In this document: piece by piece, positions 37,771-47,463 of the stretch
Layout of the letters: each line of letters begins with the position of its first letter
Numbering within the stretch: the stretch's first letter is position 1
Assembly: GCA_965218295.1 (NCBI GenBank)
Contig: CBDCKN010000013.1
Coordinates: 96,001 to 160,000, forward strand
DNA: 64,000 nucleotides
Reading direction: 5' to 3'
Source of the DNA: Longimicrobiales bacterium
GTDB taxonomy: Bacteria; Gemmatimonadota; Gemmatimonadetes; Longimicrobiales; Gaopeijiaceae
Position numbers and translations under genes: made by a program
Notes under the pieces: generated by a model
Told to the model about the DNA's origin: nothing
The model's database searches: none
The model's input: only the letters and a program-made list of their open reading frames with translations

Positions 37771-39077
37771 CGCGCTCCCGGACCCGACTGGACGCCATCC
37801 CCGACTTTCACGGCGAGATCGACGTCCCACGGAAGCGGTAGGCGGTCCAGGAGAGCCAGGTGCTCACTGCTCTGGACCTCCCAGACTTCCCACTGGTCCG
37901 TCGGAACCGGATCGCCAGCCGGAAGATCCACCGCCAGGGGATCCTTGGGATTGCCGTGGCTGCGCATCTCGTAGTGGAGGTGGGGGCCCGTGGCCAGGCC
38001 GGTCATGCCGACGTACCCGATGACATCCTCCTGCTTGACCGGGCTACCCACCCTGATCCCTGGAGCAAACCGGGTCATGTGGCCATAGCGCGTGGTCCAG
38101 CCGCTCGAATGCTGGAGCTCGATCATGTTTCCCAACGCGCTGTCGTTGCCGCGCCGGGTGACGACGCCGTTGCCCGTCGCACGGACCGGTGTGCCGGTGC
38201 CGGCCGCGAAGTCCACCCCTCGGTGGGCGCGCCACGTCTTGAGGATGGGATGGAACCGGCTGCTGGTGAAGCCGCTCGAGATGCGGTAGCGCAGCGCGAT
38301 GGGGCTCTTGAGGAAGGCCCGGCGGACCGAGTTCCCCTCGGGATCGTAGTAGGTCCCGCTCCCGTCGCGGTTGGGGTCGAACCAGAGCGCCTGGAGGCTG
38401 CGCCCGCGATTCACCAGCTCAGCGGACAGGACGTGCCCGGTGCGCATGGTGCCGTCGGGCCGGACCTCGCGCTCGAAGGCGAAGCGGTAGAAGTCACCCG
38501 ATCGAATCTGACGCAGAAAGTCGACCTGCCACTGGAAGACCTTCTCCAGCTCCAGGATGAGCTCCGCCCGATCGTTGAGATCCACGCCGTCGAGGTCCTC
38601 GTTTCCGTAGACCGACTCCCAGAGCGACGAGCGGATCTCTCCCGCCACCCAGACGGTGTCGGTGAGGAACGGCGTCCTTATGAGCTCGGAGTCCCATCCC
38701 ACGGCCGTGGGAGCCAAACGAACCGTCTGGTCCGCATTGATCTTGATGTCGACGGCCCGAAGCACGGGAGAGTCGCCCTGGAGCCACCGGAAGGCCACCT
38801 CGGTCCCGGGGCGCATCCGGCGGGGGTTGGCCTGCTCTCGTAGGGCGAGGATCAGCCCGGACTGGGTATTGGCGTCCAGGATCCCCGAAAGTAGGTCGCC
38901 GAGGGTCTGATCCTGGGCGAGGGACAGAACCTCCACCCGCTCGGCGGGAGCGGCGTAGATGGGCTCCACAAGGGCTACCGTGGGCACCTCTTCGTCTGTG
39001 AAGAGGACGAAGGCAGCCCCCAGGGCCAAGAGCCCCACCAGGCCGACGAATCGCCGTACAATTGAGCCCGAACGCAC
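37767..39077 (-). CDS. M23 family peptidoglycan endopeptidase (MepM-like)
   Basis: R.HPIL...RAHRGVDFAA, YGHM, TGLATGPHLHYE. Confidence 0.92.
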   Translation of the reverse strand: MRSGSIVRRFVGLVGLLALGAAFVLFTDEEVPTVALVEPIYAAPAERVEVLSLAQDQTLGDLLSGILDANTQSGLILALREQANPRRMRPGTEVAFRWLQGDSPVLRAVDIKINADQTVRLAPTAVGWDSELIRTPFLTDTVWVAGEIRSSLWESVYGNEDLDGVDLNDRAELILELEKVFQWQVDFLRQIRSGDFYRFAFEREVRPDGTMRTGHVLSAELVNRGRSLQALWFDPNRDGSGTYYDPEGNSVRRAFLKSPIALRYRISSGFTSSRFHPILKTWRAHRGVDFAAGTGTPVRATGNGVVTRRGNDSALGNMIELQHSSGWTTRYGHMTRFAPGIRVGSPVKQEDVIGYVGMTGLATGPHLHYEMRSHGNPKDPLAVDLPAGDPVPTDQWEVWEVQSSEHLALLDRLPLPWDVDLAVKVGDGVQSGPGAR

Positions 39078-39103
39078 CGGTTGCCGCCCTTCGTCTATGT
39101 GCT

Positions 39104-39120
39104 GCGGCCCCTGGGGCCGC
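39104..39120. other. GC hairpin GCGGCCCC-T-GGGGCCGC just after the ftsZ stop
   Basis: Perfect 8-bp arms, no U-tract. Confidence 0.5.
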
Positions 39121-39123
39121 TAC

Positions 39124-40284
39124 TCAGTCCATCTGCCGGCGGATGAAGGTCGGGATGTCCAACTCACCGATCTGCTCCCGCGTCACCACCCGCTCCGGAA
39201 GCCGTGGAAGCGGCACGACCCCAGCCGGGCTGCCGCCGCCGCCGACCGCCCGTAGCGGCTGCTCGACCTGACGTTGGGGCTGTGGCTGTACCGCGGTGTG
39301 CCTGCCGAAGTCCGGGCGGATCACATCATCGAAGCCAGTCGCGATGACGGTGACCCTGATCCTCCCCTCCAATGCGGGGTCGTGCACCGCACCGAAGATG
39401 ATCTCCGCCTCTTCGCCGACCTCTTCTTGAATAATAGTCGATATCTGGTGGACCTCGTCAATGGCGAGATCCATGCCCCCGGTGATGTTGATCAACACCC
39501 CCTGGGCGCCGTCGATGGACACATTGTCCAGCAACGGAGAGGAGACGGCTTCCTGGGCCGCCTCTTGGGCCCGGTTCTCGCCCTCGCCGAATCCGGAACC
39601 CATGAGGGCCGGTCCACGGCACACCATGATCGTGCGCACGTCCGCGAAATCCACGTTCACATCTCCAGAGACCCGTATGAGGTCACTGATGCCCTGGGTG
39701 GCGTGAAGGAGGACCTCGTCGGCCTTCTTCAGCGCGTCGCGGAACGAGGTCCCCTTGGGCACGACCGACATGAGGCGATCGTTGGGGACGACGATCGTCG
39801 TGTCGACGCACCGACGAAGCTCGGCGAGCCCCTGATCCGCCTGAAGCTCCCGTTTCTTTCCCTCGAAGGAGAACGGCTTCGTCACGATCCCTATGGTGAG
39901 CGCGCCCATCTCCCGGGCGATCTCCCCGATGATGGGAGCGGCGCCCGTCCCCGTGCCGCCGCCCATCCCGGCCGTGATGAAGACCAGGTCGGCCCCTTCC
40001 AGGACCTTGCGAACCTCGTCGGCACTCTCGGCGATGGCCTGGCGGCCGATCTCCGGGCGGGCACCGGCGCCCAATCCCCGCGTCAGCTTCTTGCCCAACT
40101 GCATCGTAACCTGGGCGCGGGAGCTCTTCAGGGCTTGGGCATCGGTGTTCGCCGAGATGAACTCCACGCCCTCCAAGTCCTCGTCGACCATCCGGTTGAC
40201 GGCGTTGCCGCCTGCCCCCCCAACCCCCACCACCTTCATTCGGGCGTTCTGGATTGGGGTGTCTTCGAATTCGAAAATCATCAT
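39124..40284 (-). CDS. ftsZ: Cell division protein FtsZ
   Basis: GVGGAGGNAV, GMGGGTGTG, NVDFADV, C-terminal LDIPTFIRRQMD. Confidence 0.98.
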   Translation of the reverse strand: MMIFEFEDTPIQNARMKVVGVGGAGGNAVNRMVDEDLEGVEFISANTDAQALKSSRAQVTMQLGKKLTRGLGAGARPEIGRQAIAESADEVRKVLEGADLVFITAGMGGGTGTGAAPIIGEIAREMGALTIGIVTKPFSFEGKKRELQADQGLAELRRCVDTTIVVPNDRLMSVVPKGTSFRDALKKADEVLLHATQGISDLIRVSGDVNVDFADVRTIMVCRGPALMGSGFGEGENRAQEAAQEAVSSPLLDNVSIDGAQGVLINITGGMDLAIDEVHQISTIIQEEVGEEAEIIFGAVHDPALEGRIRVTVIATGFDDVIRPDFGRHTAVQPQPQRQVEQPLRAVGGGGSPAGVVPLPRLPERVVTREQIGELDIPTFIRRQMD

Positions 40285-40326
40285 CAGTTGACTCCCGTGC
40301 GAGGGTTGATGAAGTCGTTCACGTTC

Positions 40327-41556
40327 CTAGAAAAATTCCCTGAGCCACGAGCCGACCTTCGAGACGAGGCCGGACGTGAGCGTCGACGCACCCTCTCCCG
40401 TCTGCTCGAAGCGATCGGCTCCGTAAAGGACGAGGCCGGCCGCGGTCGCGAACTTCGGACGGCCCACGGAGTCCGCCAGCCCACCGAGGCCCTCGCCCGG
40501 AGCACCGCATCGGACCGGAGCCGCGAACACCTGCCGCGCCAGCTCCGCGGTCCCGTACAGTGCCGAGGCGCCGCCGGTGAGCACGATTCCGGCGCCCAGC
40601 TTGTCCAGAAGGCCCTGTCGCTCGAGCTCGTTCTGGACCAGTCCGAACATCTCGTCCAGGCGCTGCTCCACCACGTGGGCGATGAGCTCCCGAGCTACGT
40701 GCCGCTTCTGGCCGGGGCTCGGTCCAGGCAGCTCCACGGTCTCCTGGGAATCCACCATCTGCGCGAAGGCGACCCCGAAGTGCTCCTTAGCCTTCTTGGC
40801 CTCGGCGAAGGGGATCGAGAGCCCCCTTACCAGGTCGTTCGTCACGGTGATCCCACCCGCGGGAAGAACGGCCACATGGCGGATCTCCCCGTTACAGTAC
40901 GCGGCCAGATCGGTGGTGCAGGCGCCCATCTCGACCATGGCCACGCCCACTTCCTTTTCGTCCTCGGTCAGCACTGCCCGGGCCGCGGCCAGGGGCTCGA
41001 GAACCAGCTCCTGGACCCGATAGCCGGCCCTCTGCACGGACTTTCTGATGTTCTCGGCGGCGGAGGTCGAGCCGGTCACCAGGTAGACCTCGGCCTCCAG
41101 ACGGGTGCCTACCATGCCGATGGGATCCTTGATACCGCGCTGGTGATCGACGATGTAGTCCTGGGGGATGGCGTGGAGGAGCTCCCGGTCCGGCGGATGG
41201 GCGACGGCCCGAGCCACCTCATGGACGCGCTGCAGGTCGAAGCGCAAGACCTCGTCTTCGGAGACTGCGACGACTCCCAGAGACGTCATGGCTCTGATGT
41301 GCTCACCGCTGATGCCGACATAGACCCGATCCACGTTCGCCCCGGCCATGAGCTCGGCCTCTTCGAGGGCGGCCTTGACGGACTCCGTGGTCTCTTCGAT
41401 GTGCGTGACGACCTGCCGCATGCCCGTGCTCTTGGCCTGTCCCACCCCGAGTATCTTCAGCTCGCGCCTGAGGAACGGATCCTCGTGGACTTCTGCGATG
41501 ACCGCGCACGTCTTCGTCGTCCCGAGGTCCACACCGGCGATGAGGATCGAGTGCAT
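40327..41556 (-). CDS. ftsA: Cell division protein FtsA
   Basis: DLGTTK, GIVLTGG, C-terminal amphipathic WLREFF. Confidence 0.96.
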   Translation of the reverse strand: MHSILIAGVDLGTTKTCAVIAEVHEDPFLRRELKILGVGQAKSTGMRQVVTHIEETTESVKAALEEAELMAGANVDRVYVGISGEHIRAMTSLGVVAVSEDEVLRFDLQRVHEVARAVAHPPDRELLHAIPQDYIVDHQRGIKDPIGMVGTRLEAEVYLVTGSTSAAENIRKSVQRAGYRVQELVLEPLAAARAVLTEDEKEVGVAMVEMGACTTDLAAYCNGEIRHVAVLPAGGITVTNDLVRGLSIPFAEAKKAKEHFGVAFAQMVDSQETVELPGPSPGQKRHVARELIAHVVEQRLDEMFGLVQNELERQGLLDKLGAGIVLTGGASALYGTAELARQVFAAPVRCGAPGEGLGGLADSVGRPKFATAAGLVLYGADRFEQTGEGASTLTSGLVSKVGSWLREFF

Positions 41557-42309
41557 CTAGTGTTCCGTTGCAGAGGTTCGCGAGCCACCAAGAGGGTCGT
41601 AGGAGACCACCATCTGGTCGGCGTATCGGAGATCCACGATGGCCGCCCGCTGGGCCGGACGGCGTCGGCCGGCGTCTTCGAGAGCCGTGAGTCCGTCCCG
41701 CAACCGTCGATGAGATAGGGGCGGACGGAACCTGACGCGCACGCCTCCTTCTACGATGGCCGTTGCATCTCCCTTGTCGTCCAGCGCGATCTCGGACACG
41801 GCGGCCATGAAGGAGGGGTCGTCGGCCGTCAGGCGCTCCACCTCTATGGCCAGAATCCGCAGCTGTGACGTAGAGAGGCGTGCCATGCCCTGGTCTGCAC
41901 GGAGCAGTGGCAGATCCATCCGATGCTCGCCCGGATCCAAAGGCAGGACCTGGCCATCGCGGTCCACTGGCTCCAGGAGGGCGTTGGCGACCAAGGCGAC
42001 GGGAACCCTCTCCTCCACCGTGACGACCAGCGTCGCCGGGAGATCCCGGGTGATCTTGGCGCGACGGATGAGGGGGTGTCGCTCCAGGCGACGCTCCCAT
42101 GAGTCCGTAGCATCGAAGACACTTGCGTAGGACGGTATGGATGCCGCCTCCAGGACCTCGTCCTCTTCGACGATCCGAGCCCCGACCACACGGAACTCCG
42201 TCGCCCGGAAGTACTCCAGCTCGGCCAGTGCGTCTGGAAGCCACGCGGCCGCCAGCGCCACGCCACCGGCAACGCAGAGCCAAAGCCCGACGCGGAGGAG
42301 CCTACGCAT
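41557..42309 (-). CDS. ftsQ: Cell division protein FtsQ/DivIB
   Basis: TM helix plus POTRA (V.V.ER.PVA) and VDLRY; position in the dcw cluster. Confidence 0.85.
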   Translation of the reverse strand: MRRLLRVGLWLCVAGGVALAAAWLPDALAELEYFRATEFRVVGARIVEEDEVLEAASIPSYASVFDATDSWERRLERHPLIRRAKITRDLPATLVVTVEERVPVALVANALLEPVDRDGQVLPLDPGEHRMDLPLLRADQGMARLSTSQLRILAIEVERLTADDPSFMAAVSEIALDDKGDATAIVEGGVRVRFRPPLSHRRLRDGLTALEDAGRRRPAQRAAIVDLRYADQMVVSYDPLGGSRTSATEH

Positions 42310-43732
42310 GATCCACCGCCTTCAAGAGCCCGAGCACCCGGGCGGCAACCTGCTCGACTGAGCCGGCTCCCATGGTCAGCAGGAGATCACCCGGCGCGAG
42401 ATCCGAGGCCACCGCCTCGGCCAGAGTGTCCAGCTCCGCGTGATAGCGCACACCGCCCCCGGCGCGCTCGACGGCGGTCGACACCAGCTCGCCTGTGACG
42501 CCCAGGATGGGTGCCTCCCGAGCCGGGAAGATATCCGTGACCCAGACGACGTCCGCGCCTGCCAGCGCCCGTCCGAAGTCGTCCGCGAAGTCGCGCGTCC
42601 GGCTGAAGAGGTGTGGCTGGAAGACGGCCACCAGCCTGCGACCGGGGTGGGCCTCCCGGGCCGCCTCGAGGGTGGCCGAGATCTCCGACGGGTGGTGTGC
42701 GTAGTCGTCCACCACCAGGATATCACTCTCCCAGCCCACGGTCTCGAAGCGGCGATCCACGCCTTTGTATGCCGCCAGCCCCCTCCGGATATCGTCCCAG
42801 TCCGCCCCGAAGCAGCGGGCCGCGCCGGCCGCGCCCAGGGCGTTCCGCAGATTGTGGACGCCCGGCGCTGCAAGGTCGAAGGTCCCTCGATCGGTACCGT
42901 CTTCCACGATCCGGAACTTCATGCCATTGGAGCGCGCCCTTACGTCCACGGCCCGAAGCTGCGACCCGGCGGCGGTCCCGTAGGTGTAGCCACGGCCGTT
43001 CAACCGAGCCAGGAGTCGGCTCGCGCCGTGGTCGTCTCCGCAGATGATGCCGCGGCCGTCGTGCGGGAGAGCCTCGAGGAACTCACGGAAGGCTCCCATG
43101 ACGCCCTCCATCCCACCGTACGTGTCGAGGTGATCGGCCTCGACGTTGGTCACCACGGCCACCGTGGGCTCCAGCTCGAGGAAGGATCGGTCGTACTCGT
43201 CGGCCTCGACCACGTACAGATCGCCGCCGGAGCGCAGGTTGCCGTCCCAACCGGGAACCCGGCCACCCACGAGGCCCGTGGGATCCAGTCCAGCCTCCGT
43301 GAGGATCTCCGTGGCCATGGCGGTGGTGGACGTCTTCCCGTGGGTACCTGCAATGGCGAGCACCCTGCCGCCGTTTACCCACAGCCCGAGGGCCTCGGCC
43401 CTCTTCAAGACCGGTATTCCGCGGCCGTGGGCCTCTTGGATCTCGGGGTGGTCGGTAGGCACGGCCGCGCTTACCACTAGGGCGCCGGCCCCCTTCAGGT
43501 GCTCGGGCTCATGGCCCTCGTGGATCGTCACGTCCATGGCTCGCAGGCGGTCGGTGCTGGGCCCGGGCTGGAGGTCGCAGCCCGAGACGCGGCCCCCACT
43601 CCGGGCGACGAGCTCCGCCAGAGCGCACATGCCGGCACCCCCGACGCCCATGAAGTGGACGTGTCCCTCACGGGCCAGCTGGCGCAGATCATCTCCGCTC
43701 ACGGAATCGGGCGCTCGGTAGCGGGCCATCAT
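42302..43732 (-). CDS. murC: UDP-N-acetylmuramate--L-alanine ligase
   Basis: HFMGVGGAGM, GTHGKTSTT, EADEYD, DDYAHHP, FQPH. Confidence 0.96.
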   Translation of the reverse strand: MMARYRAPDSVSGDDLRQLAREGHVHFMGVGGAGMCALAELVARSGGRVSGCDLQPGPSTDRLRAMDVTIHEGHEPEHLKGAGALVVSAAVPTDHPEIQEAHGRGIPVLKRAEALGLWVNGGRVLAIAGTHGKTSTTAMATEILTEAGLDPTGLVGGRVPGWDGNLRSGGDLYVVEADEYDRSFLELEPTVAVVTNVEADHLDTYGGMEGVMGAFREFLEALPHDGRGIICGDDHGASRLLARLNGRGYTYGTAAGSQLRAVDVRARSNGMKFRIVEDGTDRGTFDLAAPGVHNLRNALGAAGAARCFGADWDDIRRGLAAYKGVDRRFETVGWESDILVVDDYAHHPSEISATLEAAREAHPGRRLVAVFQPHLFSRTRDFADDFGRALAGADVVWVTDIFPAREAPILGVTGELVSTAVERAGGGVRYHAELDTLAEAVASDLAPGDLLLTMGAGSVEQVAARVLGLLKAVDHA

Positions 43733-44886
43733 GCCGTGACCTCCCGACGAGGTCCGGGGAGGAGGCGGATCATCTCGGCGACGATGGCCGTAGCGGCCTC
43801 GGGATGGCTCCGTGCCCGGGCCGCATGGCTCATTCGTTCCAGTCGCTCCTCGTCCCCCGCCAGCTCCTCTACCGCTCGCCACAACGCTTCCGGCGTGAGA
43901 TCCGCCTGACGCAGGTGGACCGCCGCCCCCGACTCCTGCAGGGCCCGGGCGTTCAGCTCCTGGTGGTTGGCGGCGGCGGTGGGAAGAGGAACCAGGATGG
44001 CCGGCACGCCCCATGCCAGAAGCTCGGCCGTGGTCATAGCCCCTGCCCGGCTCACGCACAGATCGGTGACGCTCAGCGCCGAGGGCATGTCCTCGATGTA
44101 TGGCACGGCCCGGACCCGGGCTGCATGCCCCATGGCAGCCAGCGCCTGGTCGACCCCGGCGTAATGTCCGGTGCCGGTAGCCCATAGGAGCTGCCAGCCG
44201 TCGAGGGGAGACCGGGTCCCGCTGGTCATCTGGCGCACGGCGTCCTGGACCAGGTGGTTCAGAGCAACGGATCCCTGGCTGCCTCCCACCACGAGGAGGA
44301 CCTTCAGCTCCGGGTCGAGGCCCAGGCGCTCGCACACGTCCCACCGCTCGGGCCGTCGCTCCGGGAGGGGTTGGATGGGGCACCCGGACACGTGGGCGGC
44401 GTCCTGAGCCCCGGAGGGCAGATGCGCCACAGCCTCCGGGAACGCCAGATGCACCTGGGCTGCCCATCTCGACAGGAAGCGTGTGGTTGCGCCGGGCCGA
44501 GCGTTCTGCTCCTGGAGGACCAAGGGGATGCCGGCCATAGCCGCGGCCATCCCCGCCGGCGCGCCGGCGTATCCGCCCGTCACCACGACAAGCTCCGGCT
44601 CGAGGCGACGAAGCAGGCTGACGGCGACGACGAGAGACCGAGCCAACGCCCACGGTACGCCGAGGTTGGACAGCAACTCACCCCGATGGAGACCACGGAC
44701 CGGGAGGAGATGGTGCTCCAGCCCCCGCTCCGGGAGCACCCGAGCCTCCAGGCCCCTCTGGGCGCCGAGGAAGAACGGCCGAGTGCCCGGCCGCTGCCGG
44801 ACGAGCTCGTCGGCCAGGGCCAGCGCTGGATAGAGGTGCCCACCCGTGCCCCCGCCCGCGAAAACGGCGACGGAGCGCTCATGCAC
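43729..44886 (-). CDS. murG: MurG glycosyltransferase
   Basis: GGGTGGHLYP, TGGY, EQN, GGSQG, SRAGA, HQELNA. Confidence 0.96.
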   Translation of the reverse strand: MHERSVAVFAGGGTGGHLYPALALADELVRQRPGTRPFFLGAQRGLEARVLPERGLEHHLLPVRGLHRGELLSNLGVPWALARSLVVAVSLLRRLEPELVVVTGGYAGAPAGMAAAMAGIPLVLQEQNARPGATTRFLSRWAAQVHLAFPEAVAHLPSGAQDAAHVSGCPIQPLPERRPERWDVCERLGLDPELKVLLVVGGSQGSVALNHLVQDAVRQMTSGTRSPLDGWQLLWATGTGHYAGVDQALAAMGHAARVRAVPYIEDMPSALSVTDLCVSRAGAMTTAELLAWGVPAILVPLPTAAANHQELNARALQESGAAVHLRQADLTPEALWRAVEELAGDEERLERMSHAARARSHPEAATAIVAEMIRLLPGPRREVTA

Positions 44887-46063
44887 GGGCCCTCCTTCCG
44901 GCGGGTAGGGGCCGCTCACAGGCTCGGGAGATGCTCATCAGGATCCCCAGAGCCGCCAGGGTGACCAGAAGGTTCGATCGGCCGTACGAGACCAGAGGCA
45001 GGGCCAAGCCGGTGGGTGGAACCAGACTCAGTCCCACCGACATGTGGAGGATCGCCTGCATGGCGATCATGCTGGTGATTCCCGTGGCGAGAAGCTGGCC
45101 GAAGAGGTCCGGAGCCCTCGCCGCGACGCGGAAACCCACCAGAACCAGAAGCATGTATAGGACCACGGTGACCGTGACCCCGACCAAGCCCCACTCCTCG
45201 CCGATCATGGCGAAGATGAAATCGTTGTGGGCCTCGGGGAGGAAGCCGAGCTTCTGACGTCCCTGGCCGAATCCCACGCCGGCGATTCCTCCGGACCCCA
45301 GGGCTACGAGCGACTGGTGCACCTGGAAGCCGGCGCCGGCCGGCGCCGCCGAAGGGTCGAGGAAGGCCATGATCCGCTCGACCCGAAACGATACGGCAAG
45401 CTGCCTCCAAAGCAGCGGTGCCGCGAGCAGTGCGAAGAAAGCGAAGTGGGCCACCCGTGCCCCGGCGGCGTACACCACCACACACCCTAGGAGCCCGATC
45501 AGCAACGCTGTCGAGAGATCGGGCTCGAGGGCGATGGGCAGCATGATGGCTCCCCAGACCGCGAGGAAGGGGACCAGGCCTCGCTTGAGGCTCCGGAAGT
45601 GCTCCTGCTTGCGCACCGCCAGCGAGGCTGTCCAAACGATGACCGCCACCTTGGCGAGCTCGGAGGGCTGGATGGTCACACCGACCCGTAGCCAACGACG
45701 GGCTCCGTTGATCTCGGGAGCGATCGCTTCCGTACCGGGAAGCACGAGGACGAGAAGCAGAAGCCAGACCGCGGCGATCATGGGCCACGCCATGCGCTGC
45801 CAGAGATCGTGGGGGAGCCAGGCACAGAGGCCCAGGGCGCTCAAGCCCATGGCCGCGCCCGTGGCCTGCCGCAGCACGTAGTAGTAGTCAGGCAAGGTCT
45901 GACGCTGGGCGAGAAACGCGCTGGCCGAGTACAGCGTGACCAGGCCCAGCGACAGGAGGACGACCGTGAGGGTCATGAGAGCGGCGGCCTCCCACCCCCT
46001 CCCCAGCCCCGTGATAGGCAGGGCAAGGGGCCCGGACGGAGCGACGTCGACGGGGCGGGCCAT
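44879..46063 (-). CDS. ftsW: Peptidoglycan polymerase FtsW
   Basis: NGARRW, QPSE.AK, EPD, LPEAHNDFIFA.IGEE.G, LPLVSYG. Confidence 0.95.
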   Translation of the reverse strand: MARPVDVAPSGPLALPITGLGRGWEAAALMTLTVVLLSLGLVTLYSASAFLAQRQTLPDYYYVLRQATGAAMGLSALGLCAWLPHDLWQRMAWPMIAAVWLLLLVLVLPGTEAIAPEINGARRWLRVGVTIQPSELAKVAVIVWTASLAVRKQEHFRSLKRGLVPFLAVWGAIMLPIALEPDLSTALLIGLLGCVVVYAAGARVAHFAFFALLAAPLLWRQLAVSFRVERIMAFLDPSAAPAGAGFQVHQSLVALGSGGIAGVGFGQGRQKLGFLPEAHNDFIFAMIGEEWGLVGVTVTVVLYMLLVLVGFRVAARAPDLFGQLLATGITSMIAMQAILHMSVGLSLVPPTGLALPLVSYGRSNLLVTLAALGILMSISRACERPLPAGRRARA

Positions 46064-47463
46064 CAGCCGGTCTCCTCGGTCGCAAGGGCCCGAGCCAACT
46101 CGGCGAACCGGTCACCACGCTCTTCGTAGCTCTCGAACATGTCGAAGCTCGAACAGGCCGGAGAGAGGAGCACGACGTCGCCCGGCCGCGCCGCGCCGGC
46201 GGCGGCCTCGACCACGGCGTCGAAGCCGATGCCGATCAGCTCGACTTGCACACGCTCCGCGAGGGCCCGCCGGATCCGGGGACCGGCTTCGCCATACGCG
46301 AAGACGCGGGCGTCGGCCTCCACGAGAGCCGACACGAGAGGAGAGAAGTCCTCGTCCTTGTCCTTGCCACCCAACAGGACGATGAGGGGACCCTCCAAGC
46401 TGGTGATCGCCCTCCGGGCCGCGGCCACGTTGGTGGCCTTGGAATCGTTGACCCACCGGATCCCCTTCCCTTCCGCCACCTGTTCCGTCCGGTGGGGTAG
46501 GGGTCGGGCGGTGGCCAAGCCGCGCTGAATGGCCGCCGTAGAGGCCCGGGCCAGGCTGGCGACGGTGGCCGCCGCCAATGCGTTCTCCACATTGTGGGCG
46601 CCCAGCAGTCCGAGGCGAGCGACCGGGATCAGGGGCTCCCTTTCGCCGGGCACCATTTCCAGAGTGAGGTCGTCCCCATCGAGATAGGCCCCACGGACGC
46701 CGGTCTTCTCGGTGCTGAAGTGGTAGCGCTCCCCGGGGGCGCCGGCGGCCAGATCGAGAACGGCCGGGTCGTCGTCGTTGAGGACCCACCGGCTCTCCTC
46801 ATCGGCGTTCCGGAAGAGGTTGACCTTGTCCGCGTAGTACTCCTCCACGGACGCGTACCGGTCCAGGTGGTCCGGAGCCAGGTTGGTCACCACGCCGATG
46901 TCGGGGCGGAGTCGATCGATACCCGCGAGCTGGAACGAGCTCATCTCCACCACGTACCACGCCGGGCCACGGTCGCGAAGCGCCAGCTCCGAGGCCGCAG
47001 GTCCGAACGCCTGGCCGATGTTGCCGCCCAGGGCCACGTCCTGCCCATCACTCTCGAGCAGGTGCGCCACCAGAGCCGCGGTCGTGGTCTTGCCGTTCGT
47101 TCCAGTCACGACGATCAGTGGACCATCGAAGAACCGAAAGGCGAATTCAGGCTCAGAGATCCATCGTACGCCCCGCTCAGTGAGCTCTCTGAGCACCGGA
47201 GCATCCGGGGGGATTCCAGGACTGACCACCACGGTCTCTGCCATGGCGATTCGATCCATGGGGTGCTCCCCGAGATCGACCTCGACCCCGAGTGCTCGGA
47301 GCTCGTCTCCACGAGCATGAGCTGCGGCGTCGCTGCGCAAATCCGAGACATGGACACTACCTCCTCGTTCGAGTGCCAAACGGGCCGCCGCCCACCCGGA
47401 CGCGGCCAAACCGACCACGGCGATCCGCTCGCCGTCCAAGCTTCCAACGCTTCCCTTCCTCAC
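46063..47463 (-). CDS. murD: MurD ligase
   Basis: SPGIP, TGTNGKTTT, EMSSFQL, DHLDRY, NDSKATN, SPACSSFD. Confidence 0.96.
   Translation of the reverse strand: MRKGSVGSLDGERIAVVGLAASGWAAARLALERGGSVHVSDLRSDAAAHARGDELRALGVEVDLGEHPMDRIAMAETVVVSPGIPPDAPVLRELTERGVRWISEPEFAFRFFDGPLIVVTGTNGKTTTAALVAHLLESDGQDVALGGNIGQAFGPAASELALRDRGPAWYVVEMSSFQLAGIDRLRPDIGVVTNLAPDHLDRYASVEEYYADKVNLFRNADEESRWVLNDDDPAVLDLAAGAPGERYHFSTEKTGVRGAYLDGDDLTLEMVPGEREPLIPVARLGLLGAHNVENALAAATVASLARASTAAIQRGLATARPLPHRTEQVAEGKGIRWVNDSKATNVAAARRAITSLEGPLIVLLGGKDKDEDFSPLVSALVEADARVFAYGEAGPRIRRALAERVQVELIGIGFDAVVEAAAGAARPGDVVLLSPACSSFDMFESYEERGDRFAELARALATEETG

Noticed and set aside
42302..44653. Apparent long N-terminal extensions of murC, murD, ftsI, asnS and tal in the ORF track
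   Set aside because: Artefacts of longest-ORF calling; coupled downstream starts fit the known proteins
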